Source: the human T2T-CHM13v2.0 reference genome, Homo sapiens. Taken from it: a DNA stretch of 64,000 bases. A model generated the notes under the pieces. It was not told the origin of the DNA, ran no database searches, and worked only from the letters and a program-made list of their open reading frames with translations. The translations under genes were made by a program, and so were the position numbers. This document shows, piece by piece, positions 54,301-64,000 of the stretch. The number at the start of each line of letters is the position of its first letter. The first letter of the stretch is position 1. The DNA lies in the NCBI RefSeq assembly GCF_009914755.1, contig NC_060948.1. The stretch is one strand, 5' to 3'.

Positions 54301-57300
54301 ACCATGAAACCCTTGTTTTCCCACTTCCATCAGAGGGCTGAATGATTCTTGCAGGATGAGAAGCAGGCAGTCATATCTGGCTTTTGCCTGGTAAACTGTG
54401 GTCTGTTTCATTTCATCTGGACAACCCTTTCCTTGTAATGGGGCTCTTACATTGGCCTATTGCTGAATGGGACTGCCTTGGCCACAGATTATTTAGCTGC
54501 TAGTGATTTCAGAGAGCAATTTGACTTCAGATAGTCTGGCTGCAATCCAGGTTGTGGGTCATTGTCTCATGGTTGAAGTTGAGTTTGCACTTTGTAGGAG
54601 GATTTTGGGTCCTCTGACAGGAGTCATTGTACATTGCTTGGACTATAGAACAAGGCAGCTCATTCTCTCAGGCATGTTTTGATTCATCTTTGCTTTCATG
54701 AGGAATCCACAGTGTCTCTCAACAGCAAAACAGGACATCAGTTTCAGGCTTGCCATTGCAACATACAACATCTGAGACAGTCTCATCCCCATCTGCACAT
54801 GTGAAAGGCCAGTTTGAGGCAGGAGAACACTGCCCCAACTTAGAATTGTCTTTGTTGTGGTCCTTATTTTTCCTAGAGAGCACCTGTCAGGCCCAGGATG
54901 AAAGGAGAAATTAGGTCAAGAGCCTGGCCATCTTTTGCTGACACCCTTCTCTGGGGTCTCGGGTATGATTCTGTCACCCAAAGACCCCCAACAACACACC
55001 AGACCACATTCCAATCCCCATGAAACCAGATTATTGCCCACACCCCCTTTAGGGAATGGAGTCAGAAAAGGAATTTCCAGCGACAAGCTCACTTTCTCAA
55101 AATGACTCCTCCAGCATCACTCGACCATGTAGTTGGCCTGAAGGGGTACTGATACTGAGTTCAAGACTTTTAGGGTCTTGCAGTAGGTTTTCACAGGCAG
55201 CATTTTCTCATTACCAGGCCGGCTCTGCCTGTACCATGTTCCTCTGATTAGGCAAGCTGACACATCTGACAGTCAGGTGACCAAGCCTACATCGCAAATG
55301 CACATGCACTAGTCTTGGAACACAAGGCCTCATTGTGAGCTCTGGTTAGCATCACAATGAATGTCACCATTGCCTAGCAAAGAGTCCCTGCTGCTTGGTG
55401 GAGAAGGAGACCTCTGTGGAAGTGTGTTGGTTGTGGAGTCTTGCCTGTCTTCTCTATGGTATCCACGGGGTTGTCCCATGATCCTAGGAGAGGAAAAACA
55501 TAAGCCAGCCTGAAGATACGTCAAGCACAGCCACAGGAATAAACTGCAAAATCCCTAAGAATCCAAAAGGATCTGCAGGATTTCTCAAGCCTGCCTAGAT
55601 GTCGTAAGTGTGAGTTTTTTTTTGAAACTTCCCCCACTGGGATTTCTTGGTATAACATGCCAGTGTTTCTTGGGGTTGCTCTCTCCCAGGTAGGTATTCC
55701 TGTAGAACCATGCAGCCTCAGGAGCTGCCAGGCTGTGTTTTCCTGTGGGAGTGTTGTGGGTATTGGATGTCTGCATGTATGCATGACATTGTGGTTTGTG
55801 GGTGTGTATGAGTGTGTGACTGTAAGTGGAGTACTCTTAAAGGAATGCTGCTAATGCATTTCAGCCCTTCATTTTTTTGAATTTCCCAAGCTTTTGGTGG
55901 CCTTTCTATGTGGCTCTGTTTGGGCTGTGGGACTTTCTCCAATTTGGTGCTTCCTGCGCAGCAACACAGCCTCAGGAGCTGCTCAGCTGTGAGTTTCTGT
56001 GGGAGTGTTGCCAGTGTTGGATATCTGAGTGCTTCTGTGGCATTGTGTTTACAAAAAACAAAAAAAAAAAAAAAGGGAAGAAAAAACAAACAAGCAAAAA
56101 AAAAAACCCACTATTCTAGAAAGAAGAGAGTGAACTACACCCAAAAAAGAGACATCTCCCACTGTTTCATCCTCCTTCAGCCAACCCAGGAAGAGACACT
56201 AGAAGTTCTGTACAAAGGGCCCTTTGAATTAACCTCAAATTCAATTCCCAGCTGAGCAGGTGATTTACATGTTGGGGGGCAATCCTCCATCATCTTTGGA
56301 TTTCATCATTGGACATAGTGTATGAGCAGCAATAAGGTCAGATGGGGTGAGGGCACAATCTGGTGAGGGGTACCTGGGCTACCACAAGATCACCTGTAAA
56401 GAAAATGAAGACATATGACACAATAGATACTTCTAACTCCATAGCCCAGTGTTAAGGTGGAAGTACTGCAACATGCAGGGAAGATTTTGACTACAAACTG
56501 GGGCCATCCTGGTGAACTCCTGATGTGAGGGCATTCATACACACATTGATAGATTGATGCTGGGTGGAATGTGGCCTCCAAATTTGCCTCTTCTTTCTGT
56601 GACTTCCATGTTCCTCTTTCATCTTGGGTTTCCTGGGCCTGGCTCCATGCCTTCCACAATAAAATTTCCCAGTTCATGGAGGATGACCCTTATGGGAATC
56701 CATTGCATGATTCTTTCTTTCTAAACTTTGTCACATTTTAGTGACTGGACAGTTTTGTACTTTTAAAAGAATAAATTCCCATCAGAGCCACCTACATGGA
56801 AAATCTTGTTCTTCCACTTTTATCAGAGGGCTGCATGATTTCTGTACATAAAAAGCAGGAAGCCATGTCTGTATTTGACTGTTAATCTATGCTCTGTTTC
56901 ACTTCATCTGTACGTCCTTCCTTGCTTTGGAATGGATCTTTCATTGGCTCTTGCTGGATGGGACTGCCGCCTCTCCCTACAGATCTTTTGGCTGCCAGGA
57001 AGCAAAAACGACTTTATGTAGGCTGCCTATGCTCCAGGTTGTGGGTCGTGGTCTCATTGTGGGGGCTGATGTTATTTGCACTTTGCAGGAGGGCTTTGTT
57101 TTCTCTGACAGGAATCTTTGAACATCGCTTGGACTCGTTCACAAGTCAGCTCATTCTCTCAGGTGAGCCTTTATTTTTCTTTGCTTTCACAGGGGGGGGT
57201 TCATCTTGCCCCAATCATCACTAGTGGACACTTTCTTCTGGCTTGCAATCTCCACAGACGGCCTCTGAAACACGATTCAACCTCATCAGCACTTGTGAGA

Positions 57301-60300
57301 GGCCAGTTGGAGGTGTGAGAACAACGCTTTATCTTGGAATTGTTTTTGTTGTGGTTCCTGGCTTTCCCTGAGAGCACCTGTGAGGCCCAGGAGGAAGGGA
57401 GGCAGTGAGGTCAAGAGCCTGGCCATCTTTTGTTGACACTTGCTTTTTTGGTCTCAGCGATGATTCCATCACCAAAAAACCCCTCAAAAACTCATCAGAT
57501 GGTATTCTAATGCCTATGGGAACCCTGTCTTGCACACAGGCTCTTTCAGGAATGGAGACAGAGAAGCAGAATGCGGTGACCACCTCACAGTCTCTAAGTG
57601 ACTCCTCTTTCAGCAGAACACGACCAAGGAGACTACGCAAAGGGCCCTATAGTCTAGGCTTGTTGGTTCTGGCAGTGGGTTATGGCAGGCAGCTTTTTTC
57701 CTCATACCAGGCCGGCTCTACTTGTACCATGTTCCTCTGCTTAGGCGGGCTGACAGCTCTGACAGCCAGGGTTCAGAACCTGCCTCATGAAAGCAAATGC
57801 ATTAGTCTCAAAGCACCAGGCCTGAGTTATGAGCTCTGACTAGCTTCACAGTGAATGCCCCTGTTGCCTAGCGACAAGTTCCCTGGCTTGGTGGAGAAAA
57901 AGATCTTTTTGGAGATGTGTCAATGGTGGACCCTCGCCTTTCTCTCTTTTGGATTTATGGGATAGTTCCATGATCCTAGGAGAGGGCAGACATGAGCAGG
58001 CCTGAAAAAAAAGTCAACTGGAGTCCAAGGAATAAACTGGGAATTCCCAAAGGATTCAAAAGGATCTGCAGGATGCCTTAGGCCCATCTTGTCATTTTAG
58101 GGATGAGTCTTTTTGAAACTTGCCCCACTTTGATTTCTAGGTAGATCCATCCTGTGTTCCTCACTGTTTCTCCCTCCCAGGTGGGGCTTCCTGTAGAGCC
58201 ATGCAGCCTCAGGACATGCTGTGTTGTGTGTTTCTGTGGGAGTGTTGAGAGTGTTAGATATCTGTGTGTGTGTGGCATTGCGTTTGTTTGTGTTTGTGTG
58301 TGTGTGTGTGTGTGTTTGTCTGTGTGCCTGTAAGTGGATTCTGCTTAAACAAATGTGGCTAATGCACTGCAGCCCTTTATTTTGTGGAGTCTGCCAACAT
58401 TTTGGTGTCTTTTGATGTCTTTCTGTGTGCCTCTGCTTGGGATGCAGAGTTCCATGTGCTTTATTTTTCCATGTATCATGAATTTGCAGTGAATTGAGAC
58501 CATGGCTGAGACAGGCCACTGTCCAAATCACCTCATTCTGCAAAAAAAGCACCACTCTTCTAGAAGGAAGAGAAGCACACCACACCCAAGAACAGACATC
58601 TCTTAGTTTCTAATTGTCCTGCAGCCAACCCAGGGAGAGACACAATCATTTCTGTCCACAGGGACCCTTAAATTTACCTCAAATTCTGTTCCCAGGTGAG
58701 CAGGTGCTTCATGTCTTGAGGAGCTCTCCTCCATAACCTTGGGTTATGATTCTTGGACAGATAGTGTGAGCAGCAATGTCAGATAGGGGTGAGGATACAA
58801 TCTGGTGAGGTGTGGATGGGGTTCCTCACCTTAACCTGCAAAAAAGGTCAAGAAAAATGACACAGAAGGTGCTTCCAATGCCATCCCCTTAATTGCACAA
58901 GTAGCCCACACCATGGCCCGTTGTTCAGATGGGAGTATACCAACATGCAAAGAACATTTGGAGTGCAAACTGGGGACATCCTGGCAAATTTTTTATTTGT
59001 AGGCTTTCATACCCAGAGCCAAATGGAAGTGGGATGAACAGATGCTGAGTAGGATGTGCCCTCTACACTTGTCTTTTCTTTTCCTGACTTCCATGTTCCT
59101 CATCAGCCTAAGATATTTCGTGTGTGGCTTGATGTCTTCCACGCTAAACATTTCCCACTTCATGGAGATCGAACTCATAAGAATCCATTGCATAAGTGTT
59201 TCCTTCGAAACACTCATGTTTTAATGACTGGGCAGCTGTATTTCTTTTAAAAATATAAATTCCAATTACAGCTGCCAACAAGGAAACTATTGTTCTCTCA
59301 CTTCTATCAGAAGGCTGCATTATACCTGTAGGATAAGAAGTAGGGAGCCGTGTCTGGATTTGTCTTGTAATCAGGGCTCTGTTTCACCTCATCTACATGT
59401 TATTTCTCATTGTGTCAGGGAGACTTTCATTGAGCTTTTGCTGGATGGGACTGCCTCTCAGATCTTTTGGCTGCCTGGAATTTCAGGGAGCAAAAGGGAA
59501 CTTGGGTAGGCTTGCTATGCTGCGGGATCTGTGTCGTGGTTATATTGTTGTGACTGACTTTGCATTTGCAGGAGGCTTTTGGGTCCTCTGGCAGATATCT
59601 TTGAATGTTTCTGAGACTCCAGGACAAGTCAGCTCCTTCTCAGAAGTGAACCTTGATTTTTCTTAGCTTTCTTGATGGTTCCACATTGCCCCACAAAAGC
59701 ATTACTTGGACATCTTTTTCAGGCTTGCAATTGACACAGACAGCCTCTGTGACACTGTCTCAACTTTTTCTGCACCCGTGAGAGGGCAGTTCGAGATGTT
59801 AGAACACTGCCCCATCTCGAACATGCTTTTGTGAGGCCAGGATGAAGGAAGGATGTGAGGTCAAGAGTATGGTCTTATTTCACTGATACTGACCTCTTGG
59901 ACCTCAGGTATGATTCTGCCACCCAAAGACCACTCAACAACTACCCTGATTACATTCCAATCCCCATGAGACCTGATTCTTGCACAAAGCCACTTTTGAG
60001 AATGGAGCAGAAGAGCAGTTTCCAGTGACCACTTCACAGTCTTGAAACACCTCCTTCTCCAGCAGGATCTGACCAAGAGACAGCCCTAAGAGGCCATACG
60101 TTTTACACTTCTGGGGTCCCAAAGCGGGTTATCACAGGCAGCAGTTTTCCAGATACCATGCCATCTCTGTACCAGTTTCCCCTGTGTATGCAGGCTGAAA
60201 GCATTGACACCTGGACACACGAGCCTGCCTCGTGAATGTCTATGCCCTATTCTCAGGGCACCAGGGCTAAGCTATGATCTCAGGCTAGCCTCACAATGAA

Positions 60301-63258
60301 TGTCACCTTTGCCTAGCAACAGGTCCTCGTTGCTTGACGGAGATGGAGGCTTCTATAGAAGTACTTCAGCAGTGGATTATCACCTGTTTATTCTGTGGGA
60401 TCCACAAGATAGTCCCATGATCCTAGGAGAGGGCAGACAAGAGCCAGCCTAAAGAAACATCAAGCAGACCCCCAGGAATAAACCACAAAATCTGTAAGGA
60501 TCCAGAAAGATCTGCAGGATTTGTGAGGCTTGCCTAGATATTGCAGGGGTGAACATTTTTGAAACTTATCTCACTGTGATTTCCAGGTGCAGCCCTCCTG
60601 TTTTCCCTGGTGTTGCACTCTCCCAGTTGAGGCTTTCTGCAGAACCACACAGCCACAGGCTTAAAATCTGCCTGGCCATGTGTCTCTCTGGAAGTGTTGT
60701 GAGTGTTGGATGTCTCTGTGTGTGTGTGGCTGTGTTTTTGTGTGTGGGTGTTTCTGTGCCTGTAAGTGAAATCTGCTTGAACAAATGTGGATAATGCAGG
60801 TCAGTGCTTATTTTTGAGTCCTCCATCATTTTGAAGGCATGTCTGTGTGGCTCTGCTGGGGCTGTGGGGCTCTGTGTTCTTTATTGTTCTGTGGATCAAG
60901 AATCTGCAGTGAATTAGGAGGCAGGCCTTGTTCCAATGGCATCCAAGTCAACTCCCCCTGCAAAAAAAATATCCACTCTTCTAGGGAGAAGAGGAACACA
61001 CCACACCAAAAAACAGACAACTTCCAGTGTTTCATTGTCCTATGGCTAAACCAGTGAGAAACACTAGCTGTTCTGACTGCAGTGCTTCAAGAATTTATCT
61101 CAAATTCGGTTCCCATCTGAGCAGGGGCTTCATGTCATAAGGAGGCACTCCTTCATCATCTTGGAATTTTATTCTGGGACCAAAAGTGTGAGCAGCAATA
61201 GGTCAGAGAGGAGTGAGGATACAATCTGGTGAGGAGTGGATGGGGTACCACACATTCATCTGCAAAAAAGTTAAAGACAGATGACACAGATGGTGCTTCC
61301 AATTGCATCCCCGCATTTCCTTAATTGCACAAGCAGTCCACACCATTGCCTGGTTTTCAGGTGGAAGTACTACAACATTCAGGGAACATTTGGAGTGCAA
61401 ACTGGGGCCATCCAGCAAACTCCCAATTTGAGAGCTTTCATACACAGATCCAAATGAAAGTAGGATGAATTGATGCCGGTTGGGATGTGGCCTCCACACT
61501 TGCCTCTTTTTTCCCTGATTTTCATGTTCCTCAATGGCCTAGGTTCCCTGGATAGGGCTCAACATCTTCCACACTAAACATACCCACTTCATGGAGGAGA
61601 CCCTCATAAAAATCCATTGCATGAGTTCTTCATCGTAACACTGTCACTTTTTAATGACTTGGCAGCTCTGATACTTTTAAAATGGTAAATTCCAGTTACT
61701 GCTGCCATCATGGAAACTCTTGTTTTCCCACTTCTATCGGAGGGCTGCAGGATTCTGGGAGGATGAGAAGACAGCCACGTCTGGCTTTTTCCTGACATTC
61801 TGGGCTCTTCCATTTCGTCTACACATCCTTTCTCATTGTGGAGGGGGTCTCTTTCACTGGGCTGTGACTGATAGGACTGACTCTTGCCCCAGATCTTTTG
61901 GCTGCCAGGTATTTCAGGGCACAAAATGGACTTCAGGTATGCCGGCTGTGCTCAACGTCATTGGCCATTTTCTCATTTTGGGGGCTGAGGTGGTTTGCAC
62001 TCTGCAGGAGGATTTAAGTATTGTTACAGAAATTTTTGAACGTTGCTTGCACTCCAGCACAATTCAGCCCATTTTCTCTGGAGAGTCTTGATTATTCTAT
62101 GCTTTCATGTGGTGTCCACATTGCCCCTCAGCAGCACTACTGGGCACCTTTTTCAGATTTCCAATGGCCACAGTGAGCATCTGAGACATTGTCTCAACCT
62201 TATCTGCACCCATGGGAGGCCTTTCCCCATTGTGACAACACTTACTCCACTTTTGACTTGGCTTTGTCGGTGTTCCTGGCTTTCCCAGAGAGCCGCTTTG
62301 AGGCCCAGGATGAAGGCAGACAGTGAAGTTAAGGGTCAGGCCATCTTTCACTGACACCAACCTTTAGATGATTCTATCACCTAAAGACTCCTCAAAATCT
62401 CACTAGACTATATTCTAATCCCCATGGGACTCGATTCTTGCACACAGCCTCTTTTGGGAATGAAGTCAGAAGAGGAGTTTCCAGTGACCACCTCAGAATC
62501 TCAAATGCCTCTTTCTTTAGTGTGACCCCACCACAGAGATGTCCTGAAGGGGCCCTAAGTTCGAGACTTTTAGGGTCCTGCAGTGTATTATCACAGGCAA
62601 CATTTTTCCTTATACCAGGATGGCTCTGCCTGTACCATATTTATCTGCTTAGGCAGTGTGACAGCTCTGACAGCTGGGTGCCAGAGCCAACTTCACAAAT
62701 GGGCATGCACTTGTCTCAGGGCACCGGGTCTGAGCTATGAGCTCTGGCTAGAGTCACAGTGAATGCCACCTTTGCCTAGCAACCAGCCCTTGTGGATTGG
62801 CAGAGGAGACCTTGGTAGAGGTCCATCTGCCATAGACTCCAGACTGTCTTCACTGTGGGATCCATGGAATAGTCCCATGATCCTTGGAGAGGGCAGACAT
62901 AAGCCAGCCTGAAGAAACATCAAGCAGAGCCCCAGAAATAAACTTGATCCGTTTCCAAAAGGATCTTCATGATGCCCCAGACTTGCTTAGTTGTAGGGTG
63001 AGTCTTTTTAAACCTTGCCCTACTGTGATTTCTAGGTATAGCCTGCCCGTGTTCCCCAGTTTTGCTGTCTTCCAGGTGGGGTTTCCTGCAGAATGAGGCA
63101 GCCTCAGAAGCTGCTGGGCTCTGTTTCTGCAGAAGTCTTTTGTGGGTGATTGATGTCTGCATGTGTTTGTGGATTGGTTCGTTTGTGTTTCTGTGTGTAT
63201 GTGTGTCTGTGCCTGTAAGTGGAATCTGCTTAATGAAATGGAGTTAAAGCACTGCAGC

Positions 63259-63297
63259 ATTATTTATTTATTTATTTATTTATCTATTTATTTATTT
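63259..63297 (+). repeat. (TTTA)~9 tract with one interruption
   Basis: Directly visible, in the unit's poly-T slot. Confidence 0.88.
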
Positions 63298-64000
63298 CTC
63301 CCAACTTTTTGGTCCCCTGTCTGTATGACTCTGCTTAGGCTGCGTGGTTCAGTGTTCTTTATTTTTTTGTGGATCATGAATCTGCAGCGAACAGGAAGCC
63401 TGGCTGAGTACCACCAGGTTCCAAATCACCTCCTCCTGTTTTTTTGTTTTTTTTTTTATGTGTTTTTGTAAGCCACTCTTCTAGAGAGAGGAGGATCACA
63501 CCACATCCAAGACCAACATCTCTCAATGTTTCATTGTCCTGCAACCAACCCAGGGAGAGACACCAGCAGCCCGGTCTGCAGGGACTCTTCAATTTACCTC
63601 GTATTTGGTTCCCAGCTGAGCATATGCTTCATGATGTGGGGGGTGGGGGTACTCTTGCATCATATTGAGGTTCCATTCTGGTTTAGATGGTGTGAGCAGC
63701 AATAACATCAGATAGGAGTGAGGATACAGTATGGTGAGGAGTGGATGCTGTCCCACATCGTCAGCTGCAAAAAAATGAAGACCCATGACACAGAAGGTGC
63801 TCCCAATTGCATGCCTGCAGTCCCTTAATTGCACAAACAGTCCACACCATAGCCTAGTGTTAATGTGGGAGTACTGCAATATGCAAGAAACATTTGGAGT
63901 GCAAGCTGGGCCATGCTGGCAAACTCTCCATATGAGGGCTTTCAAACCTAGAGCCAAATGGGAGAGGGATGGATTGATGGTGGGTGTGATGTGGTCTCCA

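Larger units (their letters stand above)
17164..64000. repeat. Diverged ~2.48-kb tandem array (NORF-type), rest of U4 through U24, all in the same orientation
   Basis: The landmark recurs at ~19281, 21760, 24183, 26663, 28148, 30702, 33062, 35486, 37500, 39991, 41702, 44146, 46838, (deleted near 49290), 51282, 53786, 56336, 58778, 61201 and 63706. Most spacings are 2.42-2.55 kb; the outliers are explained by internal deletions or duplications. Homologous peptide fragments (GLMLGGMWPP, DFREQKG, LRLFALCRRLLG) recur along the ORF track. Confidence 0.9.

Overview
This is primate, almost certainly human, Y-chromosome DNA with no credible intact protein-coding gene. About 54 kb is a head-to-tail array of roughly 24 old, heavily diverged units of about 2.4-2.5 kb. 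This matches the 2.48-kb 'NORF' tandem arrays of the male-specific Y, which host spliced non-coding TTTY transcripts. A (CTT)26 tract at 30234-30311 has flanks I recall as the forensic marker DYS481, which would place the window on Yp11.2. Unit 4 is interrupted by a full-length but decayed HERV-E provirus (7544-17163, LTR2-type LTRs, tRNA-Glu PBS, 4-bp TSD). Its pol gene carries a nested, 5'-inverted L1PA2-like insertion (12157-13298). I cannot demonstrate a new biological system. The best leads are a splice-site/poly(A)/UG-repeat cassette repeated in most units, a Kozak-flanked ~104-codon membrane-type ORF in the unit consensus, and hidden subfamily or higher-order structure in the array. All alignments and divergence values were estimated by eye.
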